From positions 1 to 26,628 of the forward strand of contig CAZNDF010000001.1 in NCBI GenBank assembly GCA_964571775.1: a stretch of 26,628 nucleotides of DNA, given 5' to 3'. A model generated the notes under the pieces. That model saw only the letters and a program-made list of their open reading frames with translations, was not told the DNA's origin and ran no database searches. Both the position numbers and the translations under genes were made by a program. Below are positions 16,358 to 25,650 of this stretch, piece by piece; positions within the stretch are counted from its first letter, which is position 1, and every line of letters begins with the position of its first letter. Source of the DNA: an uncultured Gammaproteobacteria bacterium (lineage in GTDB: Bacteria > Patescibacteriota > Microgenomatia > UBA12405).

Positions 16358-16849
16358 ATGCCTAGCAGATGTTTGAATAGGGTAACTTTAATTGGTAATT
16401 TAACTCGTGACCCGGAATTGCGATACACTCCAAGTGGGATGGCCGTCGCTTCTTTCGGATTAGCAACTAACCGGGTTTGGGTTACTAAACAAGGTGAAAG
16501 AAAAGAAGACGCACAATTTCATCGAATTGTGGCTTGGAATAAATTAGCTGAGTTGTGTTCACAACTTTTATCCAAAGGTAGAAGAGTTTATGTTGAAGGT
16601 AGAATTCAATACCGTGATTTTACTGATCAAGAAAACAATAAAAAACAAATCGCTGAAATTATTATTGATGATATGATTATCTTGGATAACAAAGGTCAAA
16701 ATAGTGAACATGCTGAATCAATGGATTTAGCTGGAGCACCAGAGTCTGATACTATTGCAGCTGAAGGTAGTATTGAAGACATTGTTATTCCAGATGATAT
16801 TGGTGGCGAACCAGCATCTGACAAAAAAGATGAAGAAATGCCATTTTAA
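16358..16849 (+). CDS. ssb: Single-stranded DNA-binding protein
   Basis: LNRVTLIGNLTRDPELRYTPSG, KGRRVYVEGRI and acidic tail EEMPF. Confidence 0.97.
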   Translation: MPSRCLNRVTLIGNLTRDPELRYTPSGMAVASFGLATNRVWVTKQGERKEDAQFHRIVAWNKLAELCSQLLSKGRRVYVEGRIQYRDFTDQENNKKQIAEIIIDDMIILDNKGQNSEHAESMDLAGAPESDTIAAEGSIEDIVIPDDIGGEPASDKKDEEMPF

Positions 16850-16856
16850 TTAAATT

Positions 16857-17108
16857 ATGATTAAAAAGAGTAAAAAAGACAGTTTGTTAATAGCGAAAAG
16901 AAAAGGCCGTGAAAAAGGTTGTACTTTTTGCAAAAATAAAACTATACCTAATTGGGAAGATCATGAAAAATACCATGAGTTTTTATCTCCTCGAGGTAGG
17001 ATTATGGCTTCACAATTTACTGGGGTTTGTGCTAAACACCAGCGAAAGTTGGTTAAAGCTATAAAGCAAGCTCGCCATTTGGCTTTATTGCCTTTTGTCA
17101 CTAAATAG
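16857..17108 (+). CDS. rpsR: 30S ribosomal protein bS18 (Zn-binding type)
   Basis: CTFC, FLSPRGRI, TGVCAKHQR.LVKAIKQARHLALLPF. Confidence 0.95.
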   Translation: MIKKSKKDSLLIAKRKGREKGCTFCKNKTIPNWEDHEKYHEFLSPRGRIMASQFTGVCAKHQRKLVKAIKQARHLALLPFVTK

Positions 17109-17121
17109 TTTTTTAAAAATT

Positions 17122-17160
17122 AATCCCTCTGAATACCATCTGGGTATCAGGGGGATTTTT
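17122..17160 (+). terminator. Intrinsic terminator after rpsR
   Basis: AATCCCTCTGA(a)TACC-atctg-GGTATCAGGGGGATT followed by a T-run. Confidence 0.8.
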
Positions 17161-17177
17161 GGTTATAATTAAGGATA

Positions 17178-17924
17178 ATGAAAAAGAAAATGAAGACAAA
17201 ATGGATTATAAAGGTATCTGGAGAAGTGAAATTTTTAGTTAATGAGGGAGAATCTGTTTTGGCTGGTAAAATTTTGGCAAAATTAAAAAACAAGACGATG
17301 GAATCTTTCAATTTTTCTGGTTTTTTTGGAAAATTAGGTAATGACAAACTGGTTGAGTTAAATGAAAAATTTAAAAACACTTGGGTGAATAGCGGCGATT
17401 TGTTATGTCTAATTGGAGGTATTTTCCCAAACAAAATTTGTTTTCCAATGAGCGGTAATTTTTTGGAAGTAGATGAGTTTGGTACTCTAAAGATAGAACG
17501 AATTGATGATGAAGAAAAGGAAATAACAGCTCCGGTTAATAGTAGAGTGGTGAAAATTGATGAAGACAAAATAATTCTCGAGTTTGAGGCTCAAGAGGTG
17601 GTAGGGAAAGGTATCGTTGAAGGAAAGACTTGGGGAAATGGAAAGATTATCATAATAGATGAAATGAAGGATTTAAATTCGTCAATTGGTGGAGGAGTAC
17701 TATTCACCAATAATTTATCAAGACAGTTTTTGTTGAAGGCTGAGGTTGTTGGAGCGGTGGCCGTAGTGACTAATAAAGAGGTAGAAGCAGATGATATTAA
17801 TACAGATTTACCAGTATTAGAGTTGGATGATAATGCTTGGATGGAAGTGATGAAACACAAAGGTGAAGAAGTTAGTATGTTGGTTAATTCTAGAGTTGGA
17901 AGATTATTAATAGTGTTAGAATAA
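17178..17924 (+). CDS. Conserved hypothetical protein with possible biotinyl/lipoyl-like beta hybrid motifs
   Basis: Long ORF; FLVNEGESVLAGKILAK and ITAPVNSRVVKI resemble hybrid motifs; function not assignable. Confidence 0.7.
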   Translation: MKKKMKTKWIIKVSGEVKFLVNEGESVLAGKILAKLKNKTMESFNFSGFFGKLGNDKLVELNEKFKNTWVNSGDLLCLIGGIFPNKICFPMSGNFLEVDEFGTLKIERIDDEEKEITAPVNSRVVKIDEDKIILEFEAQEVVGKGIVEGKTWGNGKIIIIDEMKDLNSSIGGGVLFTNNLSRQFLLKAEVVGAVAVVTNKEVEADDINTDLPVLELDDNAWMEVMKHKGEEVSMLVNSRVGRLLIVLE

Positions 17925-17927
17925 ATA

Positions 17928-19124
17928 ATGCGTTTTAAGAATATAAGAAATTTAGCTTTGGCAATGGCACTATTGTCAATAGTGTCTTTGGTTAGTTATA
18001 AAATTGGTCAAGGAAATCAAATATCTCTTGAGAACTTAAACCAATTTGATTTGTCATTAATGTGGAAGGTAAAAGATAAATTAGCGGGCAATTTTTTGGA
18101 TAAAGATAAGATGAATAATGAGGCTATGAAGTACGGCGCAATTCAAGGTATGGTAGCGGCTTTGGATGACCCTTATACGGTATATCTTCCACCGGAGGAT
18201 AATAAGAGTGCAAATGAGGACCTGGCTGGTGAGTTTGCTGGGGTGGGGATTTCTTTGGGATATAAAGATAAAACTTTGGCGGTAATGTCACCAATAGCCA
18301 AAAGTCCGGCTGCAAGAGCTGGGGTTCAGGCAGGTGATTTGATTCTGAAGATAACTGATAAAGCAAAGAATGTCGATAAGGACACTACTGGAATATCTTT
18401 GGATGAGGCAGTTAAATTGATTAGAGGGGATATTGGAACTGAAGTTGTTTTAAAAATGTATCGTGAAGGAAAATCTGATACTTTTGATATCGCCCTAAAA
18501 AGAGAGAATATCGAAATTCCTGGACTAGAATTAGAATGGAAGGAAGTTGAAGGTAAGAAGATTGCTTGGATAAAATTTTATAAATTTAGCGAGCAGGTAT
18601 TTAATGAATGGCCAGAAATAGTTAAGAAAATAAATACCGAGAATGGCAGTAATTACGGTGGAGTAGTTTTGGATTTGAGAAATAACCCTGGTGGTTATTT
18701 GCAGGCAAGTGTATTAGTGGCCTCTGATTTTATAAAAGAAGGTGTGGTGGTAAAACAAGAATCTAGTGATGGCAAAGTAGAAACTTACAATGTAGATAAA
18801 ACTGCTGGTGGTTTGTTGGATGATAAAATGGTGGTTTTGATTAATGGAGGAAGTGCTTCAGCATCTGAAATTTTGGCTGGGGCTTTGAAAGATTATAATC
18901 GGGCAAAATTGGTTGGAGTAAAGTCTTTTGGAAAGGGAACAGTCCAACAAACTGAAGAATTCAAAGACGGTAGTGGTCTCCATGTAACTATTGCCAGATG
19001 GTTGTTGCCAAATGGTAAAAATATTCATGGAAATGGGATTGACCCAGATGTGGAAATAAAAGCAGGAGATAATCCAGATGAAGATTTGCAGCTAAATAAG
19101 GCGATAGAAACGTTGTTGAAATAA
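17928..19124 (+). CDS. ctpA: Carboxy-terminal processing protease, S41A family
   Basis: LDDPYT, PDZ, VLDLRNNPGG, SASASEI (catalytic Ser), FGKGTVQ (catalytic Lys) and GIDPDV. Confidence 0.95.
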   Translation: MRFKNIRNLALAMALLSIVSLVSYKIGQGNQISLENLNQFDLSLMWKVKDKLAGNFLDKDKMNNEAMKYGAIQGMVAALDDPYTVYLPPEDNKSANEDLAGEFAGVGISLGYKDKTLAVMSPIAKSPAARAGVQAGDLILKITDKAKNVDKDTTGISLDEAVKLIRGDIGTEVVLKMYREGKSDTFDIALKRENIEIPGLELEWKEVEGKKIAWIKFYKFSEQVFNEWPEIVKKINTENGSNYGGVVLDLRNNPGGYLQASVLVASDFIKEGVVVKQESSDGKVETYNVDKTAGGLLDDKMVVLINGGSASASEILAGALKDYNRAKLVGVKSFGKGTVQQTEEFKDGSGLHVTIARWLLPNGKNIHGNGIDPDVEIKAGDNPDEDLQLNKAIETLLK

Positions 19125-19170
19125 TTGTATTTTTTTATTAAATTACTTTAATTAGTGGTTTAATTAAATT

Positions 19171-20301
19171 ATGAAATCAAGAAAAATTAAATCAATATTA
19201 CTTTTGTTGATAGTGGTTTTGTTGTTGGGAATTGGTGGAGTCGGTGGTTTGGTATTAGGAAGAAAATTTTTACCTAAAGATTTGTTGATTCAAAATAAAA
19301 TTGAAGTGGTAGATGAGGAATCGGTGGTGACAAGGGTGGTAGAAAAATCAACCCCGAGCGTAGTAACTGTGTCAATAAACAAAGAAGTGACAACAAACTC
19401 TTTTGATGCGTTTAAACAGCTTTTTGGGATAGCTCAACAACCAGTTGAAGTACAAAAAATAGAGAGAGATATTGGGACTGGTTTTATCATAAGTAGTGAT
19501 GGTTTGATTGTAACCAATAAGCATGTGGTGTCAGACACTTTGGCAAAATATAAAGTAGTAATTGGTAAAGATGAAACGGTAGAAGTAGTAAATATTTATC
19601 GTGATCCAATAAGTGATTTGGCAATACTAAAAGTAGACAAAACTGGCTTAACCCCGGTAGATATGGGTGATTCAGATCAACTTAAAGTTGGTCAAACAGT
19701 GATTGCAATTGGAACTGCGTTGGGGGAGTTTCGATCAACAGTAACTAAAGGAGTGGTTTCTGGTCTAGGGAGAGGAATCACTGCCGGTGACTATACAACA
19801 GGAATAGAAAAACTAGAAGATGTAATTCAAACAGATGCAGCTATAAATCCAGGAAACTCTGGCGGTCCATTGTTTGATTCTTCTGGGAAAGTGGTGGGCG
19901 TGAACGTTGCGACATCGCAAAATGGTCAGAGTATTGGTTTTGCATTACCGATAAATTTAGTTAAGTCGAGCGTAGATAATTTTCGGAAAACTGGTGAATT
20001 TGACCGACCTTACTTTGGGGTAGCTTATCAAATGATTACCAAGCAAGCAGCTTTACTTAACGAAGTGCCAGCTGGGGCTTATGTTCAGACAGTACTAAAA
20101 GACAGTCCAGCGGAAAAGGCAGGTTTAAAAATTGGAGATATTATTACTGAAATTGACGGTAAAAAATTAGCTGATACTGAGGATACTTCGATTGCTGGCA
20201 TGGTGAATCAGAAAAAAATAGGGGATAGCCTTAAAGTGAAATATTTTAGAGATAAAACCGAGACAGAAGTTGAAGTCAAATTAGAAAAGAAGAGTAGTTA
20301 G
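19171..20301 (+). CDS. htrA: HtrA/DegP-like trypsin serine protease with PDZ domain
   Basis: TM anchor; [34 protein letters not shown]; C-terminal PDZ. Confidence 0.95.
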   Translation: MKSRKIKSILLLLIVVLLLGIGGVGGLVLGRKFLPKDLLIQNKIEVVDEESVVTRVVEKSTPSVVTVSINKEVTTNSFDAFKQLFGIAQQPVEVQKIERDIGTGFIISSDGLIVTNKHVVSDTLAKYKVVIGKDETVEVVNIYRDPISDLAILKVDKTGLTPVDMGDSDQLKVGQTVIAIGTALGEFRSTVTKGVVSGLGRGITAGDYTTGIEKLEDVIQTDAAINPGNSGGPLFDSSGKVVGVNVATSQNGQSIGFALPINLVKSSVDNFRKTGEFDRPYFGVAYQMITKQAALLNEVPAGAYVQTVLKDSPAEKAGLKIGDIITEIDGKKLADTEDTSIAGMVNQKKIGDSLKVKYFRDKTETEVEVKLEKKSS

Positions 20302-21026
20302 TTTTTATTTTCTTCTACAGGTTGATCAAGAACAGTGAGTTCTAAAAGTAAATCGTCTAAATATCCAGCCATGATTTCATCGAGATTATTGAATGATTTT
20401 TCAATACGGTGATCTTTTATTTGATTACGAGGATAATTGTAAGTACGAATTTTATCAGCTCGGGTTGACTGGCTAATATTAGAACGACCACCAGCAACTT
20501 GAGCAGCTCTTTTTTCTTCTTCTAATTGCCAAAGCTTATTTTTGAGAAGTTCTAGGGCGATTTCTCGATTTTGTTGTTGATAACGTTCAGTACGAACATC
20601 GAACATTAAACCAGTAGGTTTATGGACTAAATGGATAGCGGTGGAAACTTTGTTGACGTTTTGGCCGCCGTTGCCGCCGGCACGACAAGCAGTAATGACG
20701 ACATCGTCCATACTGAAATTAACCTCTTTGGAATCAATTTTTGGCATAACGGCAATGGAAGCAGTAGATGTTTGAATTCGGCCACGTTTTTCGGTTTCCG
20801 GAATTCTTTGAACCCGATGAGTGCCAGCCTCATATTTTAGTTGGTTGTAAGAGTCGATACCAGATATTTGAATAACGAAACCATCAATTTGACTGACTTT
20901 CCAACCAACTTTATTAGCGTAGCGGATATACATGTTCATGAGGTCTTGGGCCCAAAGAGTGGCTTCTTGACCACCAGGACCTGGATGGAATTCCATAATA
21001 GCAATATTAGGGTTTATTGTTGGCAT
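20298..21026 (-). CDS. prfA: Peptide chain release factor 1-type protein lacking N-terminal domain 1 (242 aa)
   Basis: [22 protein letters not shown] (RF1 PxT motif), [14 protein letters not shown]; begins at the domain-2 boundary. Confidence 0.85.
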   Translation of the reverse strand: MPTINPNIAIMEFHPGPGGQEATLWAQDLMNMYIRYANKVGWKVSQIDGFVIQISGIDSYNQLKYEAGTHRVQRIPETEKRGRIQTSTASIAVMPKIDSKEVNFSMDDVVITACRAGGNGGQNVNKVSTAIHLVHKPTGLMFDVRTERYQQQNREIALELLKNKLWQLEEEKRAAQVAGGRSNISQSTRADKIRTYNYPRNQIKDHRIEKSFNNLDEIMAGYLDDLLLELTVLDQPVEENKN

Positions 21027-21032
21027 AAATTG

Positions 21033-21061
21033 ATTATAAGGGTTGGCTTAAAATTATTGAA
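21033..21061 (-). promoter_or_regulatory. Promoter for short RF1, TTCAAT-17-TATAAT, 6 nt before ATG
   Basis: Perfect -10 at 21033-21038 on the minus strand. Confidence 0.6.
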
Positions 21062-21066
21062 TAAAT

Positions 21067-21108
21067 AAACAAAAAGCCGGCGAAATTACAAAATAATCTT
21101 CACCGGCT
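21067..21108 (-). terminator. Intrinsic terminator after rpmE
   Basis: Minus strand AAGCCGGTGAA...TTCGCCGGCTT followed by a T-rich tail. Confidence 0.75.
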
Positions 21109-21116
21109 TAAAGTAA

Positions 21117-21371
21117 CTAGTTTGATTTTTTAGTAGCTTTTTTTGAAGCTTTTGCTTCGATATTAGCCTTACCTTTGGCCATTTTTTCGTTAAATTTATC
21201 AATTCTTCCTTTAATGTCAACGAATTTTTGTTGACCAGTGAAGAATGGGTGACATTTTGAACAAACGTCAACGTCAATTTTAGCTGAGGTTGAACCAGTA
21301 GTGAATTTGTTGCCGCAAGCACAGCTGACTTGGCAATCAGAGTAGTATTGTGGATGGATTCCTTGTTTCAT
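21117..21371 (-). CDS. rpmE: 50S ribosomal protein bL31 (Zn-binding type)
   Basis: [27 protein letters not shown] and GRIDKF. Confidence 0.97.
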   Translation of the reverse strand: MKQGIHPQYYSDCQVSCACGNKFTTGSTSAKIDVDVCSKCHPFFTGQQKFVDIKGRIDKFNEKMAKGKANIEAKASKKATKKSN

Positions 21372-21410
21372 AGGGTTTATTGTATCAGATTTCTTTATAA
21401 ATTGAAACTT

Positions 21411-21632
21411 TTATTGGTTTATAAAAAAGCTAATGGGGTCAATTCTGTGAGGGCAGTCTTGAGGGCTTAAATAGCAATCGATCTTTTCGCCATCTGTCGT
21501 TTGTCCAGTCATTTTTCTAACAATCAAATTTTGAAGACTAAAATCACAAAAGTATTCTTCATTAGTGTAGTTTCCTGCTTCTGGGCTAGAATCAGTAGGG
21601 AGTAAATAGCCACAACTTTTTTCTGGGTTCAT
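21411..21632 (-). CDS. Small hypothetical protein with 4 Cys
   Basis: 73-aa ORF starting 1 nt after the hisS stop; fills the intergenic gap. Confidence 0.5.
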   Translation of the reverse strand: MNPEKSCGYLLPTDSSPEAGNYTNEEYFCDFSLQNLIVRKMTGQTTDGEKIDCYLSPQDCPHRIDPISFFINQ

Positions 21633-21633
21633 A

Positions 21634-22884
21634 TTATTTAATTTGGCTGATTAAATCTTCAAAAGAAACTATTATTTGTTGGGAAGTTTCAAGTTTCTTT
21701 AGAGTAATTTGGTTGTTACTGGCTTCATTAGTGCCAATGATAGCCAAATAGGGAATATTCAGTGATAAAGCATATTTTATTTGTTTACCTAGTTTGTCGT
21801 TATCCGGATAAATAATACTAGAAATATTTTCTTGACGGAGTTTAGAGGTTAAATCTAGTATCTCTTTTTGTGTTTCAGTCCCAAGATTGGCGACTAAAAT
21901 TTTAGTAGTAGATTTATTTCCTTTTGGTAAAAGATCTAAAGTTTGAATAACATCAACGACCCTTTCAAAACCAAATGAGAAACCAACAGCAGGTACTTGG
22001 GGACCACCTAGAGTAGAAACTAAGTTGTCGTATCGACCACCACCTCCGATAGCTCCAATTTTTGGTTCAGTGACAGTAACTTCAAAAATAGTACCAGTGT
22101 AATAGTCGCAACCGCGGACCAAAGTTGGGTCAAAGATAAAAGCCGTTTGAGGTACACCAAGACCCTTTAAAAGATCTAAAACTTGTTTTAGATTTTCATC
22201 TGGTTGAGCTTGTTTGATATATTTAAAAATTTGATCAATTTGGCCAATAGATAGACCTTTGGAAGTGAGTTCATCTTTTACTCCATTCTCACTAATTTTG
22301 TCTAATTTATCAAGAGATTGTAGTACTGAATTTTGGCGTTCATTAATACCACTTTGAGATAAAATTGAGGATAAGACGGTGCGGCTATTAATTTTAATGA
22401 TAGCGTTTTTAAAACCCAATTTTTGAACACCTTGATAAATAACAGAAATTATTTCAGCATCAGCGATGGGGGAGCTGGTACCAAAAATATCTATATCACA
22501 TTGGACAAACTCCCGATAGCGGCCTTTTTGAGTATTTTCGGCACGCCAAACTGGTTGAATTTGATAGCGGCGAAAGGGTAAAGATAATTGATTATTATAG
22601 ATAGCTAAAACTTTGGAGGTGGGGACGGTTAAATCATAACGGAGGCCAATTTCTCGGTCGCCATTATCTTTGAAAAAGTAACCTAATTTATCATCAGTTT
22701 CACTACCATATTTACCTTTGAGGACAGAAGAATATTCTAAAGCAGGTGTTTCTAGTGGTTGAAAGCCGCAGGTTTCAAAAAGACTAGTTAAAGTATTTTT
22801 GACGTAATTTCTGACATACATGTCAGATGGTAAGAAATCTCGGAAGCCTTTTAGAGTTTGAGATTTAATATTTGATTGATTCAT
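21634..22884 (-). CDS. hisS: Histidine--tRNA ligase
   Basis: KGFRDFLP, LRYDLTVP, motif 2 WRAENTQKGRYREFVQCDID, GGGRYDNL, motif 3 GFSFGFER and anticodon domain KLGKQIKYA. Confidence 0.97.
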   Translation of the reverse strand: MNQSNIKSQTLKGFRDFLPSDMYVRNYVKNTLTSLFETCGFQPLETPALEYSSVLKGKYGSETDDKLGYFFKDNGDREIGLRYDLTVPTSKVLAIYNNQLSLPFRRYQIQPVWRAENTQKGRYREFVQCDIDIFGTSSPIADAEIISVIYQGVQKLGFKNAIIKINSRTVLSSILSQSGINERQNSVLQSLDKLDKISENGVKDELTSKGLSIGQIDQIFKYIKQAQPDENLKQVLDLLKGLGVPQTAFIFDPTLVRGCDYYTGTIFEVTVTEPKIGAIGGGGRYDNLVSTLGGPQVPAVGFSFGFERVVDVIQTLDLLPKGNKSTTKILVANLGTETQKEILDLTSKLRQENISSIIYPDNDKLGKQIKYALSLNIPYLAIIGTNEASNNQITLKKLETSQQIIVSFEDLISQIK

Positions 22885-22900
22885 AGTTGAATTTTAACAT

Positions 22901-23815
22901 TTAAATGGTTTGGGCTTGATATTTATTATTAACTGAATTAAAAAATAGTTTTTTGATTTTGGTGGAATCGACATCAGTGACTATTTGACTATTGTTTGAA
23001 CTTTTTTGTTTGATTAAAGTTTGTCCAGCAGAGTTGACTGAAACAAAATTATTTTCAGTTTTAAAAAGTTTAGGATTAATGGCGTAAGCGATGGCTAAGA
23101 CATCATACATGACCCCGCCTTTAAAGCCACCGTATTTTTTATCATATTGGTAATAGCTGATATATGAATTAACAATTTTTTTGAAATTATTGCCAATATC
23201 AGTGTTTTTGAATTGATTAAATTCGTTTGAAGTAAACATCACTTGGCGACAAATATTAATTGGGATGAGGACCTTTGGAGTGGAAAATTCTAGAATTATT
23301 TTTAGTGCCAAAGGGTCGTTGTAAACATTAAATTCAGCTTTTGAAGTGATATTGCCTTTTTGGTTAAAAACGCCACCAAGAATGATTATTTGATTAATTT
23401 TAGAAATTAAATCAGGACGGATTATCCCTAATAAAGCTAAGTTAGTACTTGGTCCAAGACAAATAATGTCAAAACTTTTCGTTGGGTTTTGCGATAATGA
23501 ATTGATCAAGAACTGGATGGCAGATGTTTTTTGAGACTTTGTTTTTAAATTAACATCAAAACCTCCAAGACCATTAAACCCATGTGATTTAGCAAACACG
23601 GGTTTTTTATTTAATGGGAGGCTAGCACCCTGATAAACAGGGATATTAGAATTCAATATTTGAAGAATGCTGAGAGTATTTTTGGTGGTATTTTTGATGT
23701 TTGAATTACCATAAGTAGTAGCAATTCCAATGATATTTAATTTTGAAGATATGGCTAAAAGGATAGCTAATGCATCGTCTACACCAGGGTCAGTATCAAT
23801 GATTATTTGTTTCAT
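22901..23815 (-). CDS. Nucleoside hydrolase (IUNH family)
   Basis: IIDTDPGVDDA, HG.NGLG, CLGPSTNLA and AEFNVYNDP. Confidence 0.93.
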   Translation of the reverse strand: MKQIIIDTDPGVDDALAILLAISSKLNIIGIATTYGNSNIKNTTKNTLSILQILNSNIPVYQGASLPLNKKPVFAKSHGFNGLGGFDVNLKTKSQKTSAIQFLINSLSQNPTKSFDIICLGPSTNLALLGIIRPDLISKINQIIILGGVFNQKGNITSKAEFNVYNDPLALKIILEFSTPKVLIPINICRQVMFTSNEFNQFKNTDIGNNFKKIVNSYISYYQYDKKYGGFKGGVMYDVLAIAYAINPKLFKTENNFVSVNSAGQTLIKQKSSNNSQIVTDVDSTKIKKLFFNSVNNKYQAQTI

Positions 23816-23817
23816 AA

Positions 23818-25329
23818 TTAGTAGGATATTGAAGAGATATCTGTTGGTTTTTTAATTAATAAAGTTTTAAAACCTAGATCAGCGGCAGGTTGAATATCGG
23901 TATCTTGTTGATCTCCAATTGAGGTGATATTTTGCGGTAGGTAAAGTCTAGAAATTTTTTTAAAGATTTCTTTTTTAAATTGAAAATCTTCACCTGAATA
24001 AATAGTTTCAAACTTATCTTTGATTCCTAAATAACTAATCACTTGATTAATCCAAATCATAGGAGAAGAGGATAGAAGAATTAATTTAAATTGTGGAGGG
24101 ATATTCAAGATAGCTTCGATTGATTTTTGATAGTCTTTAACTATATCTCTGGGATTAATATTCCAGACATTATTAAAATAATCATTTCGACTAATCTGAT
24201 ACCTATTAGATAAAAATTGACTAGCGCCGATCGGATCAGAAATAGCCTGTTTAAATATTTCTATGGCTTGATTCGTGGAAATATTTTCTTTTTGGCAAAT
24301 AAAATTAATTATATTTTGGTTAACAGTAGATTCTAAAGTTGATCCAGAATATCCGTTATTTTTACCATCGAGTTGGTATAAAGTTCCGTCCATGTCAAAA
24401 ATCATTACTTGTCGTGTCGCTTCTGATTCTACAATTTGAGAACATTGGTCTAAGTAATCAGTCACGTTAAATTTTATATTTACAGGGATATTCCGTTTTC
24501 GACTGTATGGAAGGGGAAAGCCACGATTTATTAGATCTTTAAAAGTTATTTTTCTACCAAGAATGTTTTCCCAGTTTAAGACTAGTTCTTTTTGAGCCTT
24601 AATTAAATTAAGACTGATTCCAAAAAGGTTTTGGTCGTCAAGGCTAGCTGATTCACCATCGCTCCATGGGTAGATATAAGGCTCGGATAAAGCAACTCGG
24701 TTGGACTTACTAATATTTACGACTCGTCCACCGAGAAAACTGATGTCTCGGAGATCAATCCAATCCATAAGATTAGTAACCGGTTCAAGATCACCAATAA
24801 AACCTACAGACTCAATATTTTCGTCTTTTATACCGATTTGCGACAAGAGGTTTTTGGCGGCTTTAATAGTCCCGCCAGTAAATAATCCATCATCAGCTAA
24901 AATTATTTTTCTTTTTTCAATATCAGGAATTTGGCTAGCGATTTTTTCTAGTTGTATTCTAAAGTCAGAAAATCCTTGACGAGGGATTTTGACCCCATCA
25001 GCTTTTCGGCTAATACCAAAACGAAAGAAACGGTCTTGATATTTTGAGTCAGTTTCAATTTGAGATAAAAGACATCTGTCTAAACAGATACAAATGCAAT
25101 CATTATCTTGTGATAATTTATTTATAATTTGTTTTTCGAGAGCTTGATTAATGTCGTCTTCTGAGTAAGCTCTAACTTCAATTTTTTCTACTGGTTGAAG
25201 ATTTTGTCGAAAAATATCAACAACTGATTCAAAATAGTCATTAGCTATTTTTTGGGGAAAATTGCCGATTTTATTTTGAATACCAATAGTATCTTGGGTA
25301 ATAACATAATTTTGTTTTTCTTGATTCAT
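23818..25329 (-). CDS. Type I phosphoribosyltransferase-like domain fused to a HAD-family hydrolase (503 aa)
   Basis: PRPP loop IILADDGLFTGGT; HAD motif I FDMDGTLY, II LLSSS, IV IGDQQDTD. Start moved to ATG 25329 because the upstream extension overlaps a terminator. Confidence 0.75.
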   Translation of the reverse strand: MNQEKQNYVITQDTIGIQNKIGNFPQKIANDYFESVVDIFRQNLQPVEKIEVRAYSEDDINQALEKQIINKLSQDNDCICICLDRCLLSQIETDSKYQDRFFRFGISRKADGVKIPRQGFSDFRIQLEKIASQIPDIEKRKIILADDGLFTGGTIKAAKNLLSQIGIKDENIESVGFIGDLEPVTNLMDWIDLRDISFLGGRVVNISKSNRVALSEPYIYPWSDGESASLDDQNLFGISLNLIKAQKELVLNWENILGRKITFKDLINRGFPLPYSRKRNIPVNIKFNVTDYLDQCSQIVESEATRQVMIFDMDGTLYQLDGKNNGYSGSTLESTVNQNIINFICQKENISTNQAIEIFKQAISDPIGASQFLSNRYQISRNDYFNNVWNINPRDIVKDYQKSIEAILNIPPQFKLILLSSSPMIWINQVISYLGIKDKFETIYSGEDFQFKKEIFKKISRLYLPQNITSIGDQQDTDIQPAADLGFKTLLIKKPTDISSISY

Positions 25330-25339
25330 AGTTTTTATT

Positions 25340-25418
25340 AAAAAATAAATCCCCGCAGGGAAGCGGGGATTGATTAATAATAAAAAGATTTTCAGGCGGC
25401 CAAAAACCCCGCGGTTTT
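25340..25418 (-). promoter_or_regulatory. Putative transcription attenuator 2 (protector, antiterminator, terminator)
   Basis: Terminator AATCCCCGC-ttccct-GCGGGGATT-TATTTTTT (25340-25371). Upstream GCGGGG (25407-25412) can pair with CCCCGC. AAAACC-gcgg-GGTTTT hairpin sequesters it. Confidence 0.6.
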
Positions 25419-25469
25419 GACAGCCACGGTATGGCAATGGTTTTTAATAAATTTAATTTTATTTTTCAT
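25392..25469 (-). CDS. Putative leader peptide 2, MKNKIKFIKNHCHTVAVKTAGFLAA (25 aa)
   Basis: Translated manually; His-Cys-His at codons 11-13; overlaps the antiterminator segment. Confidence 0.5.
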   Translation of the reverse strand: MKNKIKFIKNHCHTVAVKTAGFLAA

Positions 25470-25510
25470 ATTTTTTGGGTTGCCATCATTAAAATCATGA
25501 TGGACTTATG

Positions 25511-25585
25511 GGTGGTATATCGGACTTGAACCGACAACCTCAGCTTTCACAGAGCTGCGCTCTAACCAATTGAGCTAATACCACC
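25511..25585 (-). tRNA. tRNA-His(GUG), copy without encoded CCA
   Basis: Cloverleaf with encoded G-1 opposite C73, anticodon stem CAGCT/AGCTG, loop CTGTGAA and T-loop GGTTCAAGTCC. Confidence 0.95.
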
Positions 25586-25617
25586 AGGTAAGTTTGCTAA
25601 AGCAAATTAAAGTAAGA

Positions 25618-25650
25618 GAAATATGATTCAAAGAATTTGAATTATATTTC
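25618..25650. repeat. 15-bp AT-rich inverted repeat upstream of tRNA-His
   Basis: GAAATATGATTCAAA-gaa-TTTGAATTATATTTC; 14/15 Watson-Crick pairs. Confidence 0.7.

Noticed and set aside
20298-21026. RF2 (prfB) with a programmed frameshift explaining the missing N-terminus
   Set aside because: The specificity motif is PET (RF1), not SPF. No CTT-TGA site or upstream partial ORF exists.
23818-25329. Idea that the PRTase-HAD fusion is a HisG/HisB-like histidine biosynthesis enzyme, given the His attenuators
   Set aside because: HisG is not a type I PRTase and lacks the DD..TGGT loop seen here. The HAD part resembles nucleotidases, and no other his biosynthesis genes are present.
25330-25437. 36-aa N-terminal extension of the PRTase-HAD ORF
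   Set aside because: It runs through a strong terminator hairpin and overlaps the leader peptide in another frame; ATG 25329 is more plausible.
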